A stretch of 57,793 nt of DNA, counting the filler, from Sluysia triapertura (Eukaryota), in the NCBI GenBank assembly GCA_046118255.1. It is 4 parts of 4 records of this genome, joined end to end, with 100 filler letters (N's around TTAATTAATTAA, not from the genome) between each part and the next. Parts side by side here need not be neighbours in the genome. Positions count along the whole stretch, not along the records: positions 18,816 to 29,934 come from JBJNIA010188654.1; positions 30,035 to 42,920 come from JBJNIA010074608.1; 2 more parts are not named here. One strand, given 5' to 3'. This document shows, one piece after another, positions 25,301 through 37,399 of the stretch. The translations under genes and the position numbers were made by a program. How positions within the stretch are numbered: the first letter of the stretch is position 1; each line of letters begins with the position of its first letter. Under the pieces are notes generated by a model that was not told where the DNA came from, made no database searches, and saw nothing but the letters and a program-made list of their open reading frames with translations.

Positions 25301-28300
25301 CTATACCAGTGTTTCTAAAAGTAGACTTCGCGTATCATAGAAATCAGATTCACTTTTTGTTTTTTTTTCTTAAAAATATCTCAGAAAAATGATTAAAATT
25401 ATATATTTCGGAACTTTGTTTATTATTGTTTAAATGGTGAATAATATAATTTATCATTGGACTATCACTAATTGAGAAAAGTTTGGGTCTGTGATCTAAA
25501 CAAATAAATGTTCATGTTTTTTAGTTACATTTTCTTCAGAAATCCGATGATATTAACGATGAAGTGTCAACAGAGGAAGAAGACGAAGATTATGATGAAG
25601 ATGACGAGGAAGAAGGAGAAGAACCGAAAGAAATTAAGAATTTCTTGCAAAAGAATCAAGTTCCTAAACTAAATTTACCAAAAGAAAATGATGATAATGA
25701 TCAAAAAACAACCGATCAAAATGTGTATGATGAAGAAGAAATGATAAAAGTCACTAATTCACAAAAAGTTCTTTTAACAAGAACTTTAGTTGAAGTAAAA
25801 GATGATGAAATATTAGTTTTGGTAAAATCAGCAGTAAAACATTTCTTTGAAGTGCGACAAAGTAATAAAGCAAAAATGATAAGTCAACGTAAAACCACTT
25901 GTCAAGCATTAGATGAATTTATTAATTTAGAACAATTACCATTGCTATTTATGAAAGAAAATGATGAAAATCAATGTCAAGGTAAGTGATAAGATAACTT
26001 GTATTCCTTTTTGATTTCACTGTGAGTTACTTATATCAACCTAATTTCTTTTGCAGGAAAATATGTTTGTTTCTGATACATGAAGAAACACTTAATTTAA
26101 CCCATTTTTGGAACAAATTTTTTCTTTTAATAACTGCATCTTCTAAATAAAATAGTCATTAAAATATAAGATCATATCACGGATTCCATGAAAGTATTAA
26201 AAACAACAATTATGTTAAAAATAGTTCCAGTTAACGTTAAATTTAATAAAAAATTTAGTAAATGCATTTAGTAAAAATATTTTTGTTTAACAATTAATTA
26301 AGAAGTAGTTGCATAATTCATAAAAATGTATGTTTTAATTTGTGAATAATCATTCTATATAATCATGAATTTTATAGAACATTTATCAAAAAAGGTACAA
26401 TTTGATTATTAACTATTGTCTAAAATTATTAAAAAATATAATATTCTTAAACAACGTCATAATAGAAACCTAACCGATTTAAGATTCACTAAATTAAAAC
26501 ATTAAAATAGTTTTAATTTCAATTATTTTAAGTCAAGTACATTTTAGAAAACTTTAAACAAACCTTTATACATTAATAAATACAGATATATAGATAGATA
26601 TAAAATGTGCAATATAATAGATATATGCATAAACATATAAAGTATAGATAAAATGTAAAATTCGAAATAATTATTCAAGTTTCAGCCACTCAATTCTTCC
26701 TTATATTTTACCACTACCAATATGTAACAACTACCAAAATGGACTCCTTGCAAAAGATAAAAGATGTTCCACAAAAAATCAAAACGCATAATATTTAAAA
26801 AATAATAATAAATTTTAATTTTAGGAAGTGTGCGTTTATTATCTTATTTGTGCGTCTCGATAGTTACTTTACTATTGATATTCTTATGTAAAATGTACAT
26901 TTAGTATTTTAGTTTTTTACCAAATACTAAACTTCATACGATTCTTGACGATCCTAAATTTTTACGAACTTTTGATAAATTATTATACTCTTCCATTCTA
27001 CTTCGTTATTTTTATTTAATTTTATTTGATAATACTCTTGATAGACAGCATGAATCTTTGTAATTATTTCATTTGTGTGTAATAGCAAAATACTTTATAA
27101 TATTTTCAAATAAAACATGTATTATTCTTTTATACAATTGTTTGACTTATAAAAATGTGAAGATTGTATAATAAATACTCAACCATATATCAAATATTTA
27201 ATATGTTAATACTAGTTTGTTTGTTAGATATATGTTCTCAATGTACAAATCAATTCAATAATTCCAATCGTAATTTGGAACGACCCAGATTCATATCACG
27301 TATATTGATTTATAGATTAGTTTATGATATTGTCAAAAACGTATACGAATTGGAGAACGACTTAAACACTACGGATCAAAATAATCAGTCTTTGCCTGTA
27401 TTGCTTGGCTTGAAAAAGAAATCCGATTTTAGTAATAAAAGAAATAAGTTTAAATTGTGGTGTGACATTAAAGAGTTTGTTTAATTTTATTTTGATAATA
27501 TTAAGTATTGTAGTAAACAATTTTATTATATGACTTAGTTAATCATCATTTAAGATTAAAATTATTAGTATTGAAAATATTTACATTAATAAAAATATAT
27601 TTTCTTTAAATACTTTAACTAAGGACGTTGAAATTTAAATATTTTTTTATTTGTGTTTATTAATTAATTATTTAATTCTTTAAATATAATAAAAAATTGA
27701 TATTGTGATGTAATTGATAAGTATTAATAAATTATCTTAGTGAATCTATATATAAAATTCCATAAGATATCTTTCATTCGTTTAATGACTTAATTTTTTT
27801 ATAAAATGGCATTATTTCGAGACAATTTTTATTTAAATAATCTAAAATTAGTTACAAATATTCGAATAAAATGAAATTTAAAATTGGTCCACTATTATAA
27901 TTATTGTAATTCGATCTTTATCAACTATTGAAGGCAAATAATTATTTACTTAGAAGGAATTTTCACAATTTTGATTATCTTAAGAAAGTTCGCAAAAACA
28001 ATGAATAATAAATGATTCAATAGCCATCAAAGTATTTATATTAATATTTTAAATAATTAATCACTAAGAACATTGACATTAATTGTATCAAGACGTTAAA
28101 CTAATATTCGAACTCGGTATTTTTCAATCAGTGATTTTAAAAATATTTTATCGTAACTATTGAATTAGATATTATTAACTTTTGCTATAAATTGTAAGAG
28201 TGTTTTAATTTAGACCTGATACAGTTGAAAAGCTTCAAAATATAGTACATGATGAATTATGCAACTTGTTTTTACTGTCAACCAATCACGATGGGTCACC

Positions 28301-28532
28301 ACGAAAACAAACCCATAATCGAACTCGTATGCAAACATGGTGCATAAATCAACATCAAACTGATTTTATAGATCAGTTGTTAGTGGATGAAATATTTCGT
28401 GAAGATTCGAACTGGTATCAGTATGAATTTTATGAAGATGAAGTTCGAAATCAAATGGCACAACAAATTTCTGAAGATTTAGCAATAAATATTATAGATA
28501 ATATTAGTACTGATATCATTGAAGATAATTAA
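21719..28532 (+). CDS. CEP350: CEP350-like centrosomal protein, C-terminal part (exons 21719-22218, 24262-24955, 25540-25981, 27228-~27447, 28214-28532)
   Basis: Phase-compatible GT-AG exons encode a Ser/acidic low-complexity body. YRLVYDIVKNVY and DFIDQLLVDEIFREDSNWYQYEFYEDEVRNQMAQQISEDL match the CEP350/DUF4378-type C-terminus. The 5' end was not found. Confidence 0.75.
22268..22316. repeat. (AAT)n microsatellite
   Basis: Direct reading of the sequence. Confidence 0.95.
23748..23900 (-). ncRNA. RNU1: U1 spliceosomal snRNA
   Basis: Starts ATACTTACCTGG. Helix H is GCGTA/TACGC. SL1 is AGGTTGATGT-GATCAATTAG-GCATCAACCT. The SL2 loop carries ATTGCAC (U1A site). SL3, an Sm-like ATAATTTTTA and a short SL4 (GGATC-AAT-GATCC) follow. 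The 3' end is approximate. Confidence 0.93.
25137..25222. repeat. AT-only tandem repeat (~31 bp unit)
   Basis: tatataatttataatatataattatattata repeated about 2.5 times. Confidence 0.8.
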
Positions 28533-29193
28533 AAGCATTTGTTAAGTTTATAGATAGTCTTATTATTTATTGTATCTGATTCCAATATAACTTGTTTACC
28601 AATGTTATGATATTTTTATTTGTTTTTAACGTAAAGAACTGTAAGGATCTAAAGCTAAATCGTTATATATAAAAGTATTAAGTCTATTTCATGTAAACAT
28701 AATTATCGTAGGACTATGAATGAATCTCTGATGTAAACCTGAATAAAAAATCAGATTTTCACATGTGAACTTAAAATTTACTTTATAATACTTATTTAAA
28801 TGTTCAATTTTTTTGAAAATTAAAACAATTTGAATAAAATTACACTGCACTTTAAAAGACAAAAATATCCATAATCATTTACTTTGTATCACGAAATTAC
28901 TAAAAGTGCATTTAAAGTACCTAAGAAATATTTTCATAAGCATCAGAAAGTGCTCAGAAGCATACATAAAAAACAAGATGAAGGTTGGAAAGTTAGCAAA
29001 CAGACAATAAAGGAAGAAAAGCAAGTACTAAATGCAAATGCCAATGAAACAGAAAATCCTCTAAAAAGTGAATACTAATAAAAACTATAAATACAATATA
29101 ATTGACTAGAGTTAAAATACAAATTACAATACTTAGAGTAAATACATTACTAAAACGATAATTAAATAGTATTTAGAGGGAGCTGCCTCTATA

Positions 29194-29305
29194 GTTGTGT
29201 CTTTTATCACTTTTATTTTCCCAGATTATTAAATTAAAACTCAATAACTAAATAAACTCAAAATCTCGATATATTTATTATATTATCGCAAAACTACAAC
29301 TAGAA
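29194..29305 (+). repeat. Dispersed repeat, copy of 18603-18714
   Basis: gttgtgtcttttatcacttttattttcccagatt...aaaactacaactagaa with only a few substitutions. Confidence 0.9.
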
Positions 29306-29854
29306 TATATAAAAATTATGACAATATAAATTATTCTTTAAAGAAAAATTATAACCAGGGGTGACACAACTTATTTAAACTTTAGCATCCGTATAAATGC
29401 AAATTATAAACAGTAAGAAATATATCACTAACTCTTGCTTTGAAAATGTAAAGAATAATTGTAAAGAATAAAATCCAATCTGTAAATAAATTAATTGTAA
29501 ATAATTATAGTTTTTGTAATAATAAAAGATTATAATTTTATTATCCTAATAATAAGTTTTATAAAAATTTATATTTTGTAATTTAATAATAAATTAATAA
29601 ACATAAAAAATTTTAAAAAATATCAAAAGGATATTATTCATCATTTATGTAAAAACGGATGTACAAAAAATTAGAATATTTATATTATAATTTATAAATA
29701 ATTATTTTATTTAATAACAAAAAAGGATATTGTGATTAAAAACTAAACGGATATTTATAATAATTATTTAATCATCAATAAACATAAAAAAGGTATTTAA
29801 GACTCATATAAACTGTTAATAAGTCAGTAGTGAAAAAACGAAAACAAGAGTTAA

Positions 29855-29934
29855 TCAATTTTGGTAAAGATATTTCAATTTTGGTAAAGATATTTCAATT
29901 TTGGTAAAGATATTTCAATTTTGGTAAAGATATT
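29855..29934. repeat. Perfect 20-bp tandem repeat x4 (tcaattttggtaaagatatt) running into a contig end
   Basis: Direct reading of the sequence. Confidence 0.95.
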
Positions 29935-30034
29935 NNNNNNNNNNNNNNNNNNNNNNNNNNNNNNNNNNNNNNNNNNNNTTAATTAATTAANNNNNNNNNN
30001 NNNNNNNNNNNNNNNNNNNNNNNNNNNNNNNNNN
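29935..30034. other. Artificial scaffold join N44-TTAATTAATTAA-N44
   Basis: Linker at 29979-29990. Confidence 0.95.
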
Positions 30035-30089
30035 TATTACAAAATATTTAATATAGTATTATCGTGTTATCGCCCTTAAATGAACTTGT

Positions 30090-30140
30090 ATTCACCACCG
30101 CCCCCTGGATCCTTGCAGCGCCCACTTTGGGAATCCATGA
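30090..30140 (+). mobile_element. hAT (Charlie-like) right terminal region
   Basis: accgccccctgg...gcgcccactttgggaatccatg resembles the reverse complement of CAGTGGTTCCCAAAGTGGGCG-type hAT/MITE ends. Confidence 0.5.
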
Positions 30141-30260
30141 ATTATACAATTAAAATTTTTTTAAAAATCCATATAAAAAGATTCTACAAATAAATTATAT
30201 TTGGCACTTAAATATAAATCTATGTATATGATATATAACTATAACTTTTTTAATATCCAG

Positions 30261-30352
30261 ATTTCTGTGCTGAAAACAAGATGTTCAGATTTACAATCGA
30301 TTCTTACGAAACTCTTATTGACAGTATTTTGGCTTGTCAAGCTTATTATTCG
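30261..30352 (+). CDS. Possible internal exon upstream of the SH3 exon
   Basis: Bounded by tttttaatatccag| and |gtaatg, and open in two frames. No homology recognised. Confidence 0.3.
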
Positions 30353-30879
30353 GTAATGATCGGGATATTCATCAAATACGCACATTATTTCAAAAATCAA
30401 AATATACTTCTGATAAAAGGTTAATATTATTTACATTTATTAGTTCATTATTAAGTATGAATAATAATTTACATCCAAAATAATATTAAACTAAAAAAAT
30501 AGCTCAATATCTATATTTAAATATCTATTTTTAAATACGAGTTTAAAATTATAGTCATAATTATTTTAACTATATGTCACAATCTAATCTCATAAGATTT
30601 AAAATGTAATTAAAAATTTTTGTTTTGTTCCTACATAATTTGACTAAAGATTGATCATACGAAATGAGAAATTCTAGAAGTCTTACTATGTGGTTAACAA
30701 TAATCAGTGCTCTAAAGCTTTTAAAACGATTATGGAACCATAGTTTTACTGTTCTGAAATTGCAAAAGTCATTGATTTAATTCTAATTAACTCTACATAT
30801 TGTTTAACAGATAATCGTTTTCTTTCTTCACAATCATACTCTACATTGATAATAACAAATTGAGTGTATTAAATGCAGG

Positions 30880-32160
30880 ATGTATCTGACTCATTTATGT
30901 AATCCTAGTAGCTGGAAAATTGCTTTCAATTGAAGTAGGCGAATTAAACATTTGGGTTACTGATTCGTGCTGACTAACACGATATATATAAAGAAATATT
31001 GCTAAACGACACTTGGACGTTTCAGAACTAAAAAACGTTCATTATTAACTGTTAATTGAGCACTACTGGTAAAACATCTTCAAACAAGATTCAGTGCAAA
31101 TTTTAAAATATTCACATGATTGAATGATATCTTCATTATCAATTTGGTCTGATCAAAATTGAGTACTTTTATACATGTTTATTTTAAGGCTTTAAAATTT
31201 ACAATAATAAATATAATAAAAAGGTAGTGTTGTAGTGATGATGAGTTGGCAACAGACATTACATATAAAGAGATGTTAATAAAAGGGATTTTATTGAAAA
31301 GATTTAATAAAATGATTTTATTATACGTTTGTCAATCGCCCGGAGAAAAAAATGTGATACTACAGATATTGTAAACGTATTTTATTTTGATATGGTTTTT
31401 GTTTGTGATGAGGTTTATGTGGTTGATGGTGATAGTGAATGAGATGTGTGTTATATGTTGTAGAGTGACACCACACCAACATACTTAAATACTTGAATTT
31501 CATTGCAAGGCATTGTTCTGTGGATCAAGACGATATTTAGATAACTGACTTTTTTGTTCACATAGTTTTAGACACTGAAATACTTGAATTGACTTTTAAG
31601 ATATCGGTAGCATTCTTAAATTGTAACAAAAATGAATTCAATTCAATATTGTTTATTTTATCTAGGTCAAAAAGTAATTGTTTTTCGCTTAATTTGCATG
31701 AACTCAATGTGTAAATTTATTTTTTCAAGTGAACTTTATTTCTTATTGATAAAGTTAACTCGTTTTGATTAACGACCATTGCCAGAAAAAAATCATTATG
31801 AGTAGTAATATCCTTCAGCCACCTTATAAATTGTTTTTTAAAATTTTACTTTTCGCATGCTATTTTCTTTTATAATTTGGCGGATTCTTGTCCGAATATA
31901 TTGATTGCTCTGCAGCGATTTTGACTTGCTGAATTGACATTTGTTTCACTTTATTTATGTTTGTTCACATCATATTTGCTTCTTAATTTGTCATTTTTTT
32001 CCCTAACTACACTTGAAAATCTTAAACGTTGCAGACTTCTCCGAATATTAAAAGCGTGTCAGTATTCTTTATCCACATAACACATTTTTCTTTAAGTTGA
32101 ATTTTTCCTTTTATTTATACTTCCCGTTTTGGGTGGATATGCTTTTTGGAAAAAAAATTT
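30880..32160 (-). mobile_element. Highly decayed integrase-like (gypsy/Ginger) remnant
   Basis: Fragments KAYPPKTGSINKKEK and IYRVSQHESVTQMF (cf. AYRTSxHESTxxTPF). Many stops. Confidence 0.3.
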
Positions 32161-32599
32161 TAACTTTAACTTTTTTTCTGCATAAATTAAACAATTCTTA
32201 TTAAATAATTTCTTTACTAGTTAATTAAATTTTCTGTATTTGACTATTGTATTTATTTTTACGGAAACATGTGAAAACTTATGTTCATTAAATTTAAAAA
32301 ACATGCATACTAAAATAACTGATTATTTATTAGATTATTGAGCACCACCGTGAAAACATATTCGAATAATTACACAATATTATTAGTTATGATGGTGGAC
32401 ATGTAACCAAAAATAAATTTTTTGCAGAATCTTTTTAATGCATACACAAACAAAATTAGATGTGTTTTAAATTTTGGATATACTTTGCAACACTACTTAT
32501 TTAAATTAATTTGTTCTATTTTATATAATAAATTTACATAATTTTATTTACGTATATTTATTAAACAAATAATTAATCTTAATCTGTTTTATAAATAAG

Positions 32600-32913
32600 A
32601 TCTGACATCGGTAAATCAACATAACACTCACAAATCACATTCGTCGTTGAGACTAACACATGAGATCTCGCAACAAGAACAACAGTATTATCCACAACAA
32701 ATATTAGGTACAGTAGTTGTCATGTTTGATTACAAAGCTGAGAATCCAGATGAATTAAATTTAGAAATCGGTGAATTGATTAAAGTACTTGATAAAAATC
32801 TGATTGATGACGGTTGGTGGAAAGGTATTAAGAAAACTGGTGAAGTCGGTATATTTCCTAGTAACTTTGTAGAACCTGTTATCGACAGTATTATGTCTAA
32901 TTCGATGAATAAA
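32600..32913 (+). CDS. SH3-domain exon, CD2AP/SH3KBP1(CIN85)-like
   Basis: VVVMFDYKAENPDELNLEIGELIKVLDKNLIDDGWWKGIKKTGEVGIFPSNFVE is a canonical SH3 domain. Bounded by aataag| and |gtatgt. Confidence 0.88.
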
Positions 32914-33690
32914 GTATGTTTGATTATAAATTTAATATCTAAATTAAAATAAGTGTTTATATAAATAATGTTTCCATGAAATAATTAATTTATTTAATAT
33001 ATCAAAATATAAATTGATTTGATGCAAAACAATATGTGCGCTGCGAGATTTCCTAATTTTATTCTTCAAATTACATTAAATAATCCTTTTTACCACATAT
33101 CATTTACACTTAATTACATTGTCATAAATGTATTTAAATAATTAATATTTATCAAAATTAGTCAACTAACCCTAATAAATTTTGGTAAAGAATAAAATTT
33201 ATATTTATTAATTTAAAACATTTTTATTAAATTCTAAACGTAGTTAAAATGGTACGTTATATAGTTTTTCTGTACTTTAAGTGATTGTAGTGTTCAACTC
33301 ATTCATGAACCTCTAACAAACTCAACCACAAATATTCAATACACAGTGCACTTTTGCAACATCTTGCACACATAACAACACCTAAAATATAACACACTTC
33401 AAACATATTACATTAATATATCTTAACTTAAATAGAATATAACATATTCAGATTATGATGATTTATCATTTAACATTACTTCAATCCGCCGATATCGCTC
33501 CACCCAACTACATCAACACTGTGTGTGAATTTCCATATCTTCCTTTTATTATTGCTATTATTATTTTCTTTAGTATTGTTAACACCAAAATTGATTGTTA
33601 AAATGCACTAAGTTTGCATAATAATTACTAAATAAACTTGTCCAAAAACAATGAAACATTTAATGATAGACAATTTAAATCCTCAATGAG

Positions 33691-33860
33691 ATGGACAGAA
33701 GTGAATTATTTAAAACCTCCAGAAAAGTAAAACATAATTTGGATATCAGTGAAAAAGCCATAAGTCAAATTACAGTTCAATTATGTTTTATCCTTGCTAC
33801 TATTGTTGGTTACAAAACGTACGTAACAAAACCAATGAGTTGTTACATAACTACACCATC
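33691..33860 (+). pseudogene. Innexin 5' fragment (N-terminus, TM1 and first loop Cys)
   Basis: MDRSELFK...SEKAISQITVQLCFILATIVGYKTYVTKPMSCY resembles innexin TM1 plus the YxGxPIxC motif. It ends abruptly. Confidence 0.6.
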
Positions 33861-33862
33861 AT

Positions 33863-34382
33863 GTGGCTGGTGGTTGTAATTCCAAATATAAAGATATTGC
33901 TATTGAGCAACTGAAATGTTGGGTTCAGAAGTTCTACGATCTTCAAATAGATAGAAATTTATTAAAGATATATTGTTTACTGTCCCGGTCAGCTGAGTTT
34001 AACATTGTCAGATAGTAGCAATATTTATGTTTTAGATGCAAAAGATTGATGGCAAGCAAATGGTTGTTATATGTGGTATATTCAACCTTATACGACCAAT
34101 TTAAAAAGTATCATTGAAAGGTATGAGGAAGAATGTAAATACGAGAGTCATATTCCAAAACTTGTACCTATTGGCGCATCAGTTCAACAATGTGAATATA
34201 AAGATATTTGCTTTCATTTAATCAAATTGTACATAGATAATACATATCAATCATGTGATTTGATATCAGATCCTCGCAATATTAGTAATGATTCACAGCA
34301 TCGCTTGGTATGGAATTGGTTCGAATCTTGGCATTGTGCAATATTATTGACTAGTCTTGGTTATACCGTGGAAAGCACTTAA
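33863..34382 (+). pseudogene. NUP98: Nup96 (C-terminal product of NUP98-96) internal fragment
   Basis: KDIAIEQLKCW...LLKIYCLLS/GQ...D*WQANGCYMWYIQP...KDICFHLIKLY...DPRNI...SWHCAILLTSLGY matches Nup96. Frameshift near 33985 and TGA at 34047-34049. Confidence 0.8.
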
Positions 34383-34399
34383 CCTTACTCATAAACTGA

Positions 34400-34705
34400 C
34401 TAATTATAATAGTTTATATATGAATGATTCAAACGATGATGATAAACAAAATTTGAAACAAATTAAGTCTTCGGAATTTGAAAACATTGATAATAGAATT
34501 AACAAATTTAAAAATACAGTCAACAATTTACAAGATATTTCAGAAGTTTTTGTTGTCAAAAATCAAGAACAAAGATTTTGTAAGAAAAGAATTGGAAATA
34601 ACATGTAGATTTAAGTCAGAATCTAAAACTGTGAAGAGTTTGCCTAAAGATAGAAAAAAAATGAGCAGTGAATTCAAAAAATTGAATAATACAATGTTAC
34701 CTTGA
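34400..34705 (+). pseudogene. Frameshifted coiled-coil C-terminal fragment of unknown source
   Basis: ORFs 34357..34608 and 34478..34705 join into one heptad-like sequence through a single frameshift near 34570. Confidence 0.35.
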
Positions 34706-35276
34706 GTTTTAATTCTACGTTGTTATATATTGATTTTTTAAATATAAAGAATTTTTATTTTATTTAAACGAGAAAAATATGCTATTTATATCCGTAAATA
34801 GACAGTGTCGTGTTAAAAAATAAAATAATCATTTTGTTTTAAATTGTAACATTTTAAACTAAATTTGATACCATTTGAATCAGAACTAAAAATCAAATAT
34901 TTATATGCATGTGTTTAGAGAAGTTCGCACTAACTTTAGATTTAATATAATTTTGTTTTAATGCAATAGCTTTATTTATAATTATTAGTTAATTATTATT
35001 TATAAAGTACGGATCATTTTTAATATGTATAGCAATTTAATTTGAAATTTAATGATAAAAATATAAATTCCTTATTTTATTCATATTACTATATCTCTAT
35101 TTTAATTTCGGTTACAAGTGATTCTAATTGATTTCATATATATGTAGTACTATATGTTGGTTTTTAATAAAATTAATTAATTCATTTTTCAAAAAAGAAG
35201 AAGGTCTCAATACATTTTGAATTTTCAAAAGTTTTAAAACGAATTCGACTTCTAATTGATTATTCCATATTTTAAA

Positions 35277-35850
35277 ATGTCCGAACACCGAAAATTCGAG
35301 TATGGAGATGATCTTAAAGAATTTATTGCTAGAAGAGAGTTTGTTGCGGTTACTGTTTGCGAACCCAAAACAATTAAGATTCGATATGCCGCGAAAGTCA
35401 CAACGACGAAGAGTACTCTTAAGTCAAGACGACGAATTCTAAAAGAAAGTATTGATATGGAATTTGTAGTTCTGAAGACTCTGAAACATCCAGATATGAT
35501 CATAACTTACGATATATCCGAAACATTAAATAATGTCATTTTAGTATTAGTGCATGCACACGAATGAGAACTTTTTGAAGTTATTTCAATTGAAAAAATT
35601 AATGAAGATGAAATATCTATGTTTGTTAATCAAATTTTTCTTTCTGTTTCTACAGAAATTGATTTGTCGGAAATGCGTGATAATCTTACTGTTGAATTTA
35701 AAGATATTAAAGTATATTGTGTTCACGATATTTTTATCGTTAATATTGAATACATTTGTGTTTATTGTTATAGCTTATTAGATGATTTTAATTCACAACG
35801 TTGCCACAGTCATAAGGACCTTAAGTCCATTTTTCTAATTTTAAATCTGT
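35277..35850 (+). pseudogene. DAPK: Death-associated protein kinase (DAPK family) N-lobe fragment
   Basis: YAAKVTTTKSTLKSRRRILKESIDMEFVVLKTLKHPDMIITYDISETLNNVILVLVHAHE*ELFE...MFVNQI matches the DAPK basic loop and GGELF. The Gly-rich loop is lost, there is an in-frame TGA at 35565-35567, and a degenerate HKDLKS follows. Confidence 0.8.
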
Positions 35851-36539
35851 AATTGCTAATTTCGAAATTAATAAAAATATACCGCGGCCATCACAATGAT
35901 ATTTACTATTATTTATTTTAAATTTTGAATCTATTTCCAAGTTATTTATTTTAGATAAAAACAATAAAATCTATATTTCGCTAATATTTACTATAAAATA
36001 AGTACTTGAAAAAATATTTCTCAAATAGAAAGAACTTTGCTTTTTTCTTAAATATTTAAATCTTCCAGTAATTTAACAGTTTCAAGTAGCTGGTTATATA
36101 TTTTGAAGCAAATGTCACGTGACTTAGTATCCTTGTAAATTCTGTTATATCTTAATTGTTTTATTTCCAAGATGTATTCAGGGCTTACTTAATGTAAGTG
36201 TGAGATAATTTATAACTTGAGGGTTACACATTTACTGAGATTGTGGGGCGCGCAATAGAATTTTGATTATAATTTATTTTACAATTTGCTCCTATAAATA
36301 AATTGTCGCATCTCTTTAATGGATTCTAATGAATCTGTAGAATAACACCCAAAATCAGTTATAACCTCTTTAACATGAGCAAGCAAGAATGCATAATGGC
36401 TCGTTTTACATCATGTGTATAATTTTATATCTATGTAAAATTCAAAGAAATATTATAGCAAATTAACTCTTTCGAATAATTCTGTACTATATGCATTGTG
36501 TAGAAACATAAACTTGTTTATGTATTTCTAATATGTAAA

Positions 36540-36730
36540 TATTAATTTTGTAAATATAATTTTGAAAATTTATAATAATTTTGTATTCATATTTTTGTAA
36601 ATTATTTTTATAATTTCGAAAACTTATTTATTAATTAGAATTTTGTAAATTTATTTAATCTATATTTTTGAAAATTTGGAAATTTATTTAATTTAAATTT
36701 TTGAAAATTAATTTATATTTCTGAAAAACC
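36540..36730. repeat. Degenerate tandem repeat of ttttg(t/a)aaat units
   Basis: About 8 recurrences. Confidence 0.6.
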
Positions 36731-37399
36731 TTTTTTGCGGATTTAATAATTTTATTATGTATTTAAATCAGGAATAAAATATAAATAAAATTATTTAATT
36801 GTCTTGAAAGAAAGAAGTAATATAAAAACAGAACATTCACAGAAGATAAATTCACAACACTAATTTTTACCAGAATTTGGAAATTAGTTTCGGTGACTCG
36901 AAAGTAACAAATTTTCATTTACATAGTTTCAATTTCGAATGGAAATTTCGTAATTAACCTCTAATTTTTATTGTCATTCGGTGGACTTTAATACAAATAT
37001 ATATTTTTATTTTTGTATTTTAATAATATATATTCGATTTTAGAATTGTTGTTATATAGATTGAGAAGATAAGTTAAATGTATTAAGTTGAATGAAAAAG
37101 AATTATATACAAATAATAAGGATTTCTGATTACAGAAATTAGTTAAGGGATTTTGAGGAATTCAATTTAATGGTATACAAAGAACCTTTACATATTAATA
37201 ATACGAATATTGTATACGAATTCTTATTTAAGTAATTAATATTCAAGAAACTGATTAGTTTTATAGTTAGTGCAACGTATTATTATCACTAAGGCAATAT
37301 TAAAGACCCTCCATAATAGTATTAAAAATTATTATTGTATAACCAAGTGTAGGAAATTTTTCGTATCACTTTTGTTGCGTCTTTAAAACTTGTTAATTA

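Noticed and set aside
29855-29934. CRISPR-like repeat
   Set aside because: No spacers and a eukaryotic context. It is a simple tandem repeat.
31440-31540. VCWCGVT read as a Tc1/maT transposase motif
   Set aside because: Another frame (FKYVGV) fits RT or integrase equally well. The segment is too short to assign.
34310-34335. GGTTCGAATC tRNA T-loop-like motif
   Set aside because: It lies within Nup96 coding sequence (WFESW) and no cloverleaf can be built around it.
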